A stretch of DNA of 64,000 nucleotides from Eledone cirrhosa (GCA_964016885.1 OZ024753.1:14880001-14944000), one strand, 5' to 3'. Positions 28,245 to 41,060 are shown, numbered from the stretch's first letter. Notes: generated by a model from the letters alone, not told the origin. A program made the numbers and translations.

Positions 28245-29126
28245 GTTAAGTCGTAGTTCCTGTCTGTTGGTTCGTTTTTTTGTTTGTTTGTTCACGAACT
28301 TCTCCTAGGGTTTTGGAGTTAGACCCCCATAACCATATATATTCTGAAAGTACATTGCCCAGGGTACTTGGCTAAGTATATTTCATTTTAATCAAAGGGT
28401 TCCCCGTGGGCACAAACCCCTGCTGAAAATTGTTTTCCCTTCGGTTTATATAAAATTTAAACCATAGGTAAATGACACAATATGATGCCTATTCACAAAA
28501 TTTCACCAAATTTCAATAATATTAAGACACCCTAATGGGGGTTAAACCTCCCTATAGTGAAAATGTTGGCCAATAAATGGAACAAGATATGTTGTAACAA
28601 GATTGTATGAGAACTTGATTGAAGCAACCATTATATTCGGGGCTTACAAAGGTCAAGCTCTTCTCATTCCGATGATTCCACTTATACAAAGTGATAGGGA
28701 GTTGCCTTTTACATTTAAGAGGCTGCAGTTCCCCATGAGGCCTTGCTTTGCCATGAGCATCAATAAAAGTCAAGGTCAAACTTTCAATAGATCTGACAAA
28801 CCCATGTTTCAGTCATGGCATGTTTTATGTGGCTGTGTCAAGGACTGGAACTTCAAAAAAATCTCCAGATTTTAGCCAATCAAAGAAAGACAAGAAATGT
28901 TGTTTACCCAGATGTTCTTCATTAGGACAAAGTATGAAATATATTTTCATGTATTTATTATGTTAAAAAATAATGTTTTCCAATTTTTCATGCGATACAT
29001 TTTACATTGAGTAATATTGAAATGCAGAGTTTTTCTCCATAAATTATATCACTGATTTAAAATCAATCATCATTTTCTTACAAAAACAATGTGTGAAACG
29101 CAGCAAAGCGCGGGTAATTTGGCTAA
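28245..29126 (+). mobile_element. Non-autonomous Helitron with PIF1 helicase C-terminal remnant
   Basis: LIEATIIFGAYKGQALLIPMIPLI...LPFTFKRLQFPMRPCFAMSINKSQGQT, and a 3' end gcaaagcgcgggt...CTAA|T. Confidence 0.85.
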
Positions 29127-29341
29127 TATATATCATCATCATCAACGTTTAACGTCCGTGTTCCACGCTTGCAAGGGTTTGGACGGGGGTAGTCCCACTT
29201 GAGGCAAGAGTGATTGTCTTGCTCGCATAGGACTGTCTGGCAGGTTTTCTACAGTTGGATGCCCTTCCTAACACCAACCACTATATATATATATATCTCA
29301 ATGATATTAATAAATGGAAACTATATTTATAAAACCAAATT

Positions 29342-29402
29342 TATTCTATTATATATATTTCAAGGGTACCAAAACTTTGGTACGCTCTCATCAGATAAAA
29401 TA
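29342..29402 (-). ncRNA. Minimal type I hammerhead ribozyme motif
   Basis: Minus strand: UAUUUUAU-CUGAUGA-GAGCGUACCAAAGUUUUGGUACCCUU-GAAA-UAUAUA-UA|AUAGAAUA. Confidence 0.8.
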
Positions 29403-29492
29403 CAAAGTTTGTTTTATAGAATCCAGGAAAAACTTGAACCGTTAAGATCTCCTTCCTGGATATGTCAATATTTATAAAACAAACTTTGTATT

Positions 29493-29553
29493 TATTTTAT
29501 CTGATGAGAGCGTACCAAAGTTTTGGTACTCTTGAAATATATATAATAGAATA
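29493..29553 (+). ncRNA. Minimal type I hammerhead ribozyme motif
   Basis: UAUUUUAU-CUGAUGA-GAGCGUACCAAAGUUUUGGUACUCUU-GAAA-UAUAUA-UA|AUAGAAUA; inverted partner of 29342-29402. Confidence 0.8.
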
Positions 29554-29711
29554 AATATAGTTTTATAAATATAGTTTCCATTGATATTATACTCCAGAAA
29601 ACCTGTGGAGTGCTTTGCTACTCATTCCTAATTGTAGCTCGATTTTGCAGGCAAAGCTTCGATTTTACTAAGCTTCCACTTATATATATAGATATATATA
29701 TATATATATAT

Positions 29712-30618
29712 ATTAAAGAGTTAAACAAGATTCAATGAGTATATCAGAGAATGAGTTTTACAGTAGATTGGAAGCACTCTACGGTAAAAATAATTTTCCA
29801 GAGTTATTAATATTAAAATATTTATCTATATATATACCTCCCTATATCTCTCTATACATAATCTTTAGATAACTTCTAACAATATTAGATAACTTCAAAA
29901 AATATTTCTAACAATAAGTACTTCATAAGCTTTACATACTGAAAATGTTGACATTTTTTATAGATTATCTTCGTTAAAGTTTACATTTAGAAAAATATTC
30001 AACAGTGTAAATTTTCCTTTCGCTGGCCAGGTAAATCCTTGAAATATTACCCTCATAAAATTCAGAAGTTTAGATGTTAACACACTTATAGAATTTATAA
30101 AATTAATAAATATAAATAACCAGCAATTTAAAAAAAAAAACCTTAAATCTTGATTCTTCACCCTAAAATAAAATAAATTAAATATTTTGAAACTTAACCG
30201 TTTAGCTTTTAAAAAAAAATCTCTGCATATATTACCCCCCTTTATCTTTCCCTCTCTTTAAATCCCCTTTCAGCGGCCCTCATTGACTGTTATAATTCAT
30301 GAGAAGTTTTCCTAGATAAACATAACTTGTAGTATCCTACATTTTAAAATCTCTATAGCTGTCACATTAACCAACGTTTTTTCTTACTCACACATTCTCT
30401 ATTGAATTTATTACGTTTTCGCATTTTCTCATTAATAGGGTATAAATGTTGAATTTTCTCTTGGGTTAATCACTACCTTGATTAAATCTTAATCATTTAA
30501 CATCTCAGGGTATGTCATGTATCATTATATTTTGTCTGATGAGGACGTACTGTTGTACCTCCGAAATATGTATAATAAAATATAATTGATCAAAAGAACA
30601 TCTATTTTATTAATATTT
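29712..30618 (+). mobile_element. 5'-truncated Penelope-like element with an inverted pLTR end at its 5' side
   Basis: 29712-29820 is the reverse complement of the 28125-28220 tail. 30476-30618 matches the hammerhead arm of the 27822 element. The internal ~650 bp is AT-rich with no intact ORF. Confidence 0.55.
30525..30585 (+). ncRNA. Minimal type I hammerhead ribozyme motif
   Basis: Near-identical to 28030-28090: CUGAUGA GGACGUAC UGUU GUACCUCC GAAA UAUGUA UA. Confidence 0.85.
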
Positions 30619-30621
30619 GTA

Positions 30622-30668
<47 letters not shown>

Positions 30669-31267
30669 CTATCCCCCCTCTCTCTCTCAAACCAACACCA
30701 TTACTCAGTCAAAACGACACTGTTGTCTTTCTCTCTCTGTCTGAAACCAGATCTCTCTATCTCTCCATCTATCTCTCTCTCTATCTCCCCCCTCTCCTCT
30801 CTCTGAAGTCAACACCATTTCTCAGTCTTAATGGCACTAGTGTCTCTCTCTCTCTCTCTCTCTATCTATCTCCCCCCTCCCCTCTCTGAAGTCAACACCA
30901 TTTCTCAGTCTTAATGGCACTAGTGTCTCTCTCTCTCTGAAACCAGATCTCTCTATCTCTCCATCTCTCTCTCTGTCTATCTCCCCCCTCCCCTCTCTCT
31001 GAAGTCAACACCATTTCTCAGTCATAATGGCACTAATGTCTCTCTCTCCCCCCCCTCTCTCTCTCTCTCTCCCCCCTCTCTGTCTGTCTGAAACCAGATC
31101 TCTCTATCAAACTCTCTTCTCTAGCTTGTTGCTAAGCAGCGCATCACACCTCAGCACCACGTCGTTACACATATGGAAGCTAACGTGTTCAGCTAGGTGT
31201 GTAGGTGGAGACACTACACACCTTGATACATCACACACCACACAGCATCTCTCTCTCCCTTCTCTCT

Positions 31268-31820
31268 TGATGATGATGATGATGATGATGATAATGATGG
31301 TGATGATGGTGATGGTGGTGGTGGTGGTAGTGGTAGTGGTGGTAGTGGTGTTGGTAGTGGTGATGATGATGGTGATGATAATGATGGTGATGATAATGAT
31401 GATGGTGATGATGATGGAGATGAGGATGGGGATGATGGAGATGAGGATGGTGATAGTGATGATAATGATGGTGAAGGTGATGATGGTGGTGATAGATGAT
31501 GGTGGTGATAATGGTGGTGATGATAATGGTGGTGATGATAATGGTGGTGGTGGTGGTGATCGTGGTGGTGGTGGTGATGATGATGGTGATGATTATGGTG
31601 GTGACGGTGGTGATGAGCGTGATGGTGATGGCGGTGGTGATGATGATGGTGATGATGGTGATGATTATGGTGGTGACGGTGGTGATGAGCGTGATGGTGA
31701 TGGCGGTGGTGATGATGATGGTGATGATGGTGATGATTATGGTGGTGACGGTGGTGATGAGCGTGATGGTGATGGCGGTGGCGGTGATGATGATTATGGT
31801 GGTGATGGTGATGATGGTGA
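31268..31820. repeat. (GAT/GGT)n trinucleotide complex with higher-order ~60-bp repeats
   Basis: Low-complexity tract producing the poly-M/V/D/G/H ORFs. Confidence 0.9.
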
Positions 31821-31919
31821 TCTTTCTATATTGCAGTGTGGCAACAGAAGAAACCAACACATCTGCACAACAACAACAACAGCAACAACAACATTGATAA
31901 CAGATTTGGCAACAGCAAT

Positions 31920-32975
31920 GTACGACAGACCCACGTAGGGATCAATTGTTGAGTCTGGTTACCGGATGATGAATAAGAAGGCATGTATTGTGGATGTAGC
32001 TTCACTGTGGGGCAACAGGGTTAATGAGAAGTAAAGTGATAAAGTTGAGAAATATCAGGAGCTGAAAAGGGAAATCAAGAAACTATGGAGAATCAGACAC
32101 ATAGAAGTGGTACTTATTGTGGTTGATGTACTGTGAAGGTGTGTGGCTGAGTGGTTAGAGAATTGGATTCACAATCTTGAGGTTGTGAGTTCGATTCCTG
32201 AACCGGGTGATGCGTTATGTCCTTGAGCAAGACACTTTATTTCACGTTGCTCCTTCTACCTGAAGTTGCGACCGATAGATAGCATTAGCAATTGGAAAGA
32301 CCAATGGAAACATTGTTTCTTCGGTCCGATTTGACATTGAGGCACATGGCTTAGTGGGTAGAGCATTAGCCTTGCAATCGAAAAGTTGTGAGTTCAATTC
32401 TCAGACCGGGTGATGTGTTGTTTCCTTGAGCAAGACACTTTATTTCACATTGCTCCAGTTTACTCAGCTGTAGAAATGAGATGATAGGGACTGGAATCCA
32501 TATCATTCCACTGCAAAGTGGTTGTGAAGGTTCCACGGCAAAAAAAGCACCCAGCCCACACTGTAAATGAGGTTGGTGTTAGGAAGAGCATCCAGCTGTA
32601 GAAATCAAGCCAGAATCAGTTCCCATCTCACCCTTGCAAGAAGGGAAAAGCGGACGTAAAATGATGAAAAATGAAAAAAAATGGAGAATCAGACACGCAG
32701 AAGTGGTACTGATTGTGGTTGATATACTGGGAGTAATTAGTAAAAGGTTAGATGCTTGGCTTGAGAAGCTAGGAATCACCATCAGGACAGGTTTGGTGCA
32801 GAAAACAGCCTTATTGGGGACAGCAAGGGTTCTAAGAAGGGTGTTGGAAAGTTAGAGAAGAAAGAATGACCCAAAGGACCTTTCACTATTGGACCTTTCA
32901 CTATTGGTCGTTATTTTGGTATAGATTTGGTATAACATCTGCCAGAGCAAAAGCATTATGAATGATAATAATCAT
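31920..32975 (+). mobile_element. Dong/R4-like LINE 3' fragment (restriction-like endonuclease), interrupted by a SINE dimer
   Basis: KKACIVDVASLWGNRVNEK*SDKVEKYQELKREIKKLW...VVLIVVDILGVISKRLDAWLEKLGITIRTGLVQKTALLGTARVLRRVL, ending in taataat; typical RLE-clade C-terminus. Confidence 0.8.
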
Positions 32976-34042
32976 CATCATCATTTCATTTTTACGTCTG
33001 CTTTTCCCTGCTTGCAAGGGTGGGATGGGAACTGATTCTGGCTTGATTTCTACAGCTGGATGCCCTTCCTAACACCAACCTCATTTACAGTGAGTGCTGG
33101 GTGCTTTTTGGCCGTGGCACCTACACGTCTACTTTACAGTGGAATAATAGGGACCCCAGTCCCTATCATCTCATTTGTACAGCTGAGTAAACTGGAGTAA
33201 TGTGAAATAAAGTGCCTTGCTCAAGGAAACAACACATCACCCGGTCTGAGAATTGAACTCACAACCTTTCGATTGGAAGGCCAATGCTCTAACCACTGAG
33301 CCATGTACCTCCATAATAATAATAATAATAATTGTTTCTACTTTAGACACAAGGCCAGCAATTACCCAGTGCATTACTGGTAGTTTTATTTTATCGACCC
33401 CGTAAGGATGAAAGGCAAAGTCAACCTCGGCGGGATTTGAACTCAGATCGTAAAGGGACGTAACTATAATAATAATAATAATAATGGTTTAGGCACAAGA
33501 CCAACAAACGTTTGGGAAAGGGAAAGCCGATTAAATTGACTCCAGTGCATTACTGGTATTTTATTTTATCAATCCCGTAAGGATGGAAGGCAAAGCTAAA
33601 CTTGGCGAGATTTGAACTCAGACCGTAAAGGGCCATAATTCTATGCTGTAAAACATGGTGTCCGACGCTCTACCAATTTTGCCAATCCTCCGATAATAAT
33701 GTTTCTACTTTTGGCACAAGGACAGCAAATTACCCAGTGCATTACTGGTACTTTATTTCATTGACCCCGTAAGGATGAAAGACAAAGTTAAGCCGGCGGG
33801 ATTTGAATTCAGAATGTAAAGGGACATAACTCTATGCTGCAAAGCATGGTGTCTGACACTCAACCAATACTGCCAAACCACCGCTAATAATAATTGTTTC
33901 TACTTTTTGGCACAAGGCCAGCAATTACCCAGTACATTACTGGTACTTTATTTTATCGACCCCGTAAGGATGAAAGGCAAAGTTAACCTCGGCGGGATTA
34001 ATAATAATAAAAAAAATGTCTTCTAATTAATGTATCAATCCC

Positions 34043-34374
34043 ATCATCATCATCATTCGTCGACTACTGTCGAGATGATGGAATTCCCTCTCATGCCCCA
34101 GAATTCCGTCCTCCATCGCTGCCCCCAGGTCCTGTCTACTGATTCCCGTATCCCTAGAGATAACGTCAGGGAATGACAGCTTCCTACTCCTAGTCAGGCT
34201 GGAGTCAGGGTTCCAGAGCAAGAGAGTGGATATGATTTCATTGCTGGCACGGTGACAGTGGCCAGCAAATTGAGCTCTCCGGGATTTTAGAAGGGCAGAG
34301 GCTCGAGGGAGTTTGCCATAGATTTTAGACAAGGTGGGATGTCGTTTCCAGGATAGGTTTTGCACTCTCATCAA
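34043..34374 (-). mobile_element. RTE-like LINE 3' fragment (different family)
   Basis: MRVQNLSWKRHPTLSKIYGKLPRASALLKSRRAQFAGHCHRASNEIISTLLLW..., then a (GAT)n tail. Confidence 0.75.
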
Positions 34375-34642
34375 TCCCAGTAGATGACCATATATTTAAC
34401 ACCTATCAAACATCTTTCAGAAAACCTGGTTGCCCTGAGATTATGATAAAAGAGACTTGTCCAAGATACTTCGTGGTTGTAGAAAACAGCACTTACCCTC
34501 TCAGTCAAGCCTGTCTCCAACCTAAATCGACCGAAATGATTGATTGATTGGCTGTTCAATTAACCGATAGAAAATATTGACAGGTTTGCTGCCTTCAGTA
34601 AGTTAACAGCTCTAACATACCAACTACTTGAGAGTATGTTAC

Positions 34643-35035
34643 ATTGTGGTGGTGGTGGTGGTGTATGTCGGTGTATTGGTGGTGTGCTGGTGATGTGTTG
34701 AGGTGAGGTGGTGTGTGGTGTGTTGAGGTAAGTGTTGAGGTGAGGTGGTGTGTGGTGTGTTGAGGTAAGTGTTGAGATGTATTGAGTGTGGTGGTATGGT
34801 GGTGATGTGTCGAGATGTGTTGGAGGGTTGTGTTGATGTGTTAAGGTGTGGTGGTGTGCTGGAGTAGTGGTGGTGTGTTGAGGTGTGTTGGAGTGTGGTA
34901 GTGATGTGGTGGTGTGTTGGAGTGTGGTGGTGATGTGTTGAGGTGTGTTGGAGTGTGGTGGTGTGGTGTTGATGTATTGAGGTGTGGTGGTGTGGTGTTG
35001 ATGTGTGGTGGTGTGTTGAGGTGTGTTGGAGTGGT
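34643..35035. repeat. GT-rich low-complexity repeat
   Basis: gtgtggtggtgtgttgag-type degenerate units. Confidence 0.85.
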
Positions 35036-35949
35036 GACCTCAGTATGTTTCCACCATACACAGAGAACGGATGGACATAGTTGAACCATAATGGATTTTC
35101 TAGTTTAACACAATTTGCCAAAGTCATGCCTTACTAAAGAAAACCTTTTTATTTCTCTGCAGATGAATTCTAAAGGAGAGAACCAGAGAACAAAAGATCA
35201 GTTTGTATTGTTAATGCCATTTTGTTGTAGGATCATTGTTTATGTTGAGGTGAAATAAATGACTATTAAAACCAACCATTGAAGGTGTCTCACAAAGTAC
35301 AGAGTTAAAGATATAAATTATAACCTGACATTTTATATAAATAAACTTAACTGTGTTTGGCCACCATAAAATAACAGTGAGAGCAGATTTGGCCAGGAGT
35401 TTATTGATATAAGTTTGTAGATATAAGATTTTTGTTTTTTAAACTTTCTGAATGGTTTAGTTGAGAAAGGGGTGGCCTAGTGGATAAGGTGTTGATCTTA
35501 CAATTGTGAAATCATGAGCTTGAGCCCCACGACTGGACAGCATTTCCCATTGCTCCACCTCTACCCGTTCACACACTTGAGAATGTGTACCGGTAGCATC
35601 ACCTTGCAAAAGACTAGTGTCCCCTCCCAGGTGTGTCTTGATCTCTCAGTCACTTAACACTGTATGACACTGGGATAAGCCTCAGTCTTCATCCGACCAA
35701 TGCAACTATGAAAGAACTGCTGTAGAACCAATGAAAAGTAAATAGTTTAGTAAGAAGAAGAAAAGGAACGTCGATGATCATTTTTAGGGATTTCATCTAT
35801 ATGCATCTCATGTCCATACCAGTGGAGTCTTCTCTCTTCTACACTGCATCTAATCCCTCTTATGCTCAAGCGTTCATTCAGTTCATTGACAGTTTATTGT
35901 CGTTCATGTACACTACTATTACATATCTATTATTACACACTAGTAATAA

Positions 35950-36170
35950 GGGCAGCGGATTGGCAGTATCGGTAGAGGGTCGGACGCCATGCTTTGCAGC
36001 AAAGAGTTACGGCCCTTTATGGTCCGAGTTCAAATCCCGCCAAAGTTAACTTTGCCTTTCATCCTTACGGGGTCGATAAAATAAAGTACCAGTCACGCAC
36101 TGGGGTCGATTTAATCGACTTTCCCCTCCCCCAAAATTGCTGGCCTTGTACCTATATAAGAAACCATTAT
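35950..36170 (+). mobile_element. tRNA-derived SINE family A (full-length representative)
   Basis: A-box tggcagtatcggtag, B-box gagttcaaatcc, central gcctttcatccttacggggtcgataaaataaagtaccag, (att)n tail. Copies at 2060-3295 (four, -), 10940-11126, 11513-11712, 14005-14215, 15029-15240, 21632-21770, 33330-34000 (four, -), 37437-37625, 44157-44342 (21-bp TSD tgacaagctaccaatatattg), 61037-61245. Confidence 0.9.
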
Positions 36171-36519
36171 TACATACTAGTATTACACAGGCAACATAGC
36201 AGGCTTGCTTCATTTCTTTCCAATCTTCACAGATCCTCTGTGTTCAAGGCTCAAGCCTCACTGCAATTTAGCAATGCAGTTAACACACAAGAATCATACA
36301 ATCTGTCCTTCATCATGAGAAAGAAACCCTTTGTAGCTTGTGTGTGTATTTATGTGTTTATATACAAAAATACATACATACAAACATATACACACATATA
36401 TATAAATTTAAGATGCAGAATTTACAAGGAAAGACCAACACAAAAGACACACATATATACTCATATAGAAACACACACATATATCAGTATTATATATGTA
36501 TATTCACGGATGTCTCTAT

Positions 36520-36910
36520 GTTGGAAGAAGGTGTTCATAATAGAAAGTCCATTACTAGAACAGAAGTCTAGTAAGGCCTACAAATGGAGAGGCCATTACT
36601 AGAACAGAAGTCTAGTAAGGCCTACGAATGGAGAGGCCATTACTAGAACAGAAGTCTAGTAAGGCCTATGAATGGAGAGACCATTACTAGAACAGATGTC
36701 TACTAAGGCTTACAAATGGAGAGGCCATTACTAGAACAGAAGTCTAGTAAGGCCTACGAATGGAGAGGCCATTACTAGAACAGAAGTCTAGTAAGGCCTA
36801 CAAATGGAGAGGCCATTACTAGAACAGAAGTCTAGTAAGGCCTACGAATGGAGAGGTTTGGTTAGACTTCTGTTCTAGCAATGGACTCTCTATTATGAAT
36901 ACCTTCCAGC
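36520..36910. repeat. 44-bp tandem array (7 copies) bracketed by ~50-bp inverted repeats
   Basis: Unit ccattactagaacagaagtctagtaaggcctacaaatggagagg. The right end ttagacttctgttctagcaatggactctctattatgaataccttcc is the reverse complement of the left end. Confidence 0.85.
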
Positions 36911-39724
36911 ACAGTGACATCTATAAATATGCATATATAATATTTGTGAAATTGTCCTTATTTTTAGTGATGTATTCTTGGGGAAGAAGTGTTCTTTATT
37001 ATAGTCTATATGTAACTTATCATCAACGTTATCATCATTAAATATTTTGCAATAGTTAAACATCAGTTTATGATAAATATTGTTGTGTATCAAGTTGTTC
37101 TTCCTTTATTTTATAAATCTCAGAACACAACAGAGAAGCAACAGTTGAAAAAAATAATGAAAACTCAGGTCATGACTATTTAATTTTATTTATTTATCCA
37201 TTTGTACCCTTGGAGATGTGGGGAGGAAATAAAGTGCCACCATTCCACAGTGAGTTGGAATATCTGTCATGGAATTGTGCCATGTGACATCAGGGTTTTT
37301 TTTTATGCCATGAATCTAATACTTCTTAGATCAGTCTCTGGCCTTACAGTTAGATACCCTTTGTTATACACAGGGTGGGTTACATTGGAGATTGTCCTTC
37401 TAATGACTTGCTTGACACCATTCTATTCTTTGTTATTGGTGGATTGGCAGTATCGGTAGAGGGTCGGACGCCATGCTTTGCAGCACAGTTATGTCCATTT
37501 ACGGACTGAGTTCAAATCTCGCCCAGGTTAACTTTGCCTTTCATCCTTACGGGGTCGATAAAATAAAGTACCAGTAATGTACTGGGTAATTTATTGCCTT
37601 GTGCCAAAAGTAGAAACAGTTATTATATATGATGACAGCTTGTCTCATTTCTTTGTCCCATCAATCTTAATCCTGTCTCATCTTGTCTAGTTAAAGCTAT
37701 GACAGGCCTAAGAAGCAAATAATGGATTTTATGTGGCTCAAAATAAGTACAAAGAAAAACAAATGGGTGGGAATATAATGAATGAAGGTCAATGTTTCTG
37801 TGGTTAACAAAGGGTAAACCAACTCTGGTTCAATGAATTTCTAAAATTGCTTAAATCCGCCATTTTTGACCTTTAAATAACTCAAAACCTAATTATATGA
37901 CTTCAATTTCATATAAGTATGTTGTGAATTAACCGAATTAATTTGAAACTGATGATAATAAATTAAATGCTTGATAACATAAGTAATTAAACATTTGTTG
38001 TGATTATGAAACTAGCTTTAATTAAATCAGAAATTAATTTTCAAATGACCAATTTGGTAAGCACATTGAATGAAGAATTAACTCATTATTCTGTCTTTCT
38101 CTGAAGAAATAGCATTGTTTCTAACAAGACAACTGTGATGTAAAACAAACTCAGCTATTTAAATGATTAGAGAATTGTTAACATTTACATAAAAAAAACA
38201 TACCATGGAAGATTCAATGTTAAATTTAAAGCTTCAGAAAATGAATTAAAGTGTATTAATGTATGAGAGATGTGGTGAATTTTATGATATGTTGAATTAA
38301 AATTCCAATATTGTCTGTATATAATTCAGAAATACTAGGTAGGCAAAAATCAAATGATGCTATCATGTTTTGTTGTACAGTTTTTGTCAGTGGGGTAAGG
38401 GCAAAGGTTAAAGACCCACTTCAGTCATGAATGACAAAGGGATTTACACCTGAGGCACAAGTCTGGATAAGGTGTTTTTGTGGAAATCCAGCAGTCACCC
38501 ATGCATACCTGTCTCCCCTTCATCATATTATCGAAGGAAAAGCAATGGCCAATACAGCTTAAGTAAACTGGAGCAACATGAAATAGAATGTCTTGCTCAA
38601 GGACACAATGCATCACCCAGTTGAAGAATCAAACTGACAAGCTCAGGATTACAAGCCCAGTACTCTAACCATTAAGCCATCATATCTTCAAGCTTTTACT
38701 GTAGCTCAGGCAAACATAGAAGACCATAAATATGTGACAAGTATTATAACTAATGTTTAAATTTTTTGCTAATATACATAAGTGAAAAAACACACAGACA
38801 GACACACACACAGACGTCACACACATGTACACATACACACTCACACACGCACACAGGCAACAGTTGAACTTAACATGAATCCATGCAGTCGTGAAGCGAA
38901 ATCTGTAACTATTTAGTCACTTTTCCACCTCTATAAACACACATACAGAACAAGACTATAATAGAAGAAACTTGCTCAAGCTTTAACACAGTGGGTTTCA
39001 AACTGAAATCATGTGGCCATCCCTGGACCTATATAAACACACATAGAATGAGGCTTTTGTGGAAGAAACTTGCTCAAGGTTTAACACAGTGGGACTCAAA
39101 CTGAAATCATGTGGTAATCTTTTGTAGAAGAAACTTGCCCAATGTTTAACACAGTGGGTCAACCATCCCTGCATCTATATAAACACACACAGAATGAGAC
39201 TATAATAGAAGACAGTCGCTCAAGGTTTAACACAGACTCAAATTAAAACTATACGGCCATCCCAGCATCCCGTATAGGAATATCATTTTTGTGTATTTCA
39301 TTTTTTGCTTTGCAATTGTCTATAAATTGTGTTTATCCTTTGTGGTGTTAATGCAATGTTTATATACTGAACAGGAAAATAACGATGTTTGTTTGTCTTA
39401 ATTCCACATTGTTTGAGAGCAATAATAGAGAAATAATCAAATGTTTGCTTTATGATGTTTTTGTCAGGTATATTACAAACAAATTAGAGACTTGCCACAA
39501 CCACAAACTGCAATCTCTCCCCAAAATTCTTAACACTTTGAAAGAGCTGCCATGTAAACTCAAGGGAAATAAAAGATGATTTGCCAAAAAGCCAATAGGA
39601 TATTTACAGAAAAATAACTGCTAAATACATGAATTATATATATATTTTTAAAATATTGTTCTGCACAACCCTATCTGCATTTGCACTATATATATAATCA
39701 TCATTTAATGACCATTTTCCATGC

Positions 39725-39759
<35 letters not shown>

Positions 39760-39984
39760 ATGTGTGTATATGCAGTGTCAGTATGTGTGTATTTCTTTAG
39801 GGATATACATATAAATGCGTTATAACCATTATTAAATTCACACTGTACTAGCTGGCTTTACATGACATATACTTGAACACCTGTATATACACACACACAT
39901 ATATATATATATATATACACATATGTGTATATACATAATGATAATAATAATATTATTTATACTTATATATATACTATATATAAT

Positions 39985-41060
39985 TATAAACAGGAAAGGT
40001 CAGTAATTCATTACCACCTTATTACCAGTAAGAAAAATAGCTCAATGTAAATACAGCAGATGTTTTACAGAGCCGGAATATAAATTACAGAATAATCAAA
40101 ACTATGTTCAAAACATTTTATTGCTAACAATCGTTTCTTCCAAACTTTCGTTTGGAATCATCAGAGCACTAGCAAAGTTTAGACATATAATTAACCTCCT
40201 ATTCCACAGAACAATTATAAAGATACGTAGATGTTAGTGTTGTCATTAACAGTGTCATATTTAAAGTGTGAAGATGATGTGGTCAGTATCAGTGGATGCG
40301 ACAAAGATTATAAAAGAATAATACAACAATTATAGAGGAATTAAAGAAGAAAGTCACTCGCAAAACAAGGACATTAGCAGTACATATGCAAACGTGTAGA
40401 AAGAGTGCAGATGTGTTAGACATGCACAGAATAACCAGGTAAGAAACAAGTAATGGCACTAAGCATATATATCACATTATGGCAAAGGTATCTCATAACA
40501 CAATACAGGTATAAAAGCATATTTAAGCAGACAAAGATGTTTGGGTATGAGAAGCAGTTTCTATGAAGTTTATGATGGATGTAATGTGATAATTGTTCTG
40601 GTAATGTTCAAATGTACATGTGTTGTGAGTATTAATATTAAGGTTTTCCTTTCAATTACATTGGTTATATTTTACTAAATGTTTATCACTAGCTACAACT
40701 ATGGATTGTATATTGGTCCTATTACAATCTTATCAGGGTTTCGAGTTGTTCTGGAGTGATCTGTCTAACAGTTTAATTTCAGGAAGTGATTAGAGATATA
40801 TACTAAGGGGAGCTAATGTGAAAGGGGAGGTAATTGGCGATTAATTTGTATATAAGAGAAAAATGTATAGTTGTTTACAAGTCCAAGTAGTTAAATTCTA
40901 TGTGTTAATATACAACATATTATGTTATAAGTGAATCCTTTTATATAAAGCTATTTATTTTTAAATTTATATATTTAATTTTAAATACAATCCTTTTTCC
41001 ATATAATACCTTAAAGGTATTTTATCACTACTTAGCCATATATTAATTAAATAAATAATA
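39985..41060 (-). mobile_element. Probable Penelope-like element 3' remnant
   Basis: ~1.1-kb non-SINE block between (TA)n tracts, ending on the minus strand in the hammerhead at 40119-40171; no recognisable intact ORF. Confidence 0.45.
40119..40171 (-). ncRNA. Minimal type I hammerhead ribozyme motif
   Basis: Minus strand: UAGUGCU-CUGAUGA-UUCCAAAC GAAA GUUUGGAA-GAAA-CGAUUG-UU|AGCAAUA. Perfect 8-bp stem II with a GAAA tetraloop. Confidence 0.85.

Larger units (their letters stand above)
29295..29680. mobile_element. Fold-back Penelope-like pseudo-LTR derivative inserted in (TA)n
   Basis: Inverted arms about 29315-29420 and 29470-29582, each with a hammerhead. Family members at 51250-51592, 53160-53365 and, more distantly, 16280-16540. 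Confidence 0.7.

Noticed and set aside
31027-31938. 303-aa ORF and overlapping 209-aa and 133-aa ORFs
   Set aside because: Trinucleotide low-complexity sequence that is open in several frames; no domain signal.
35950-36040. tRNA genes
   Set aside because: The A/B-box sequences are SINE heads that run into SINE bodies; no complete cloverleaf is evident.
35994-36602. 202-aa ORF
   Set aside because: Runs through a SINE, a microsatellite and the 44-bp repeat; a chance ORF.
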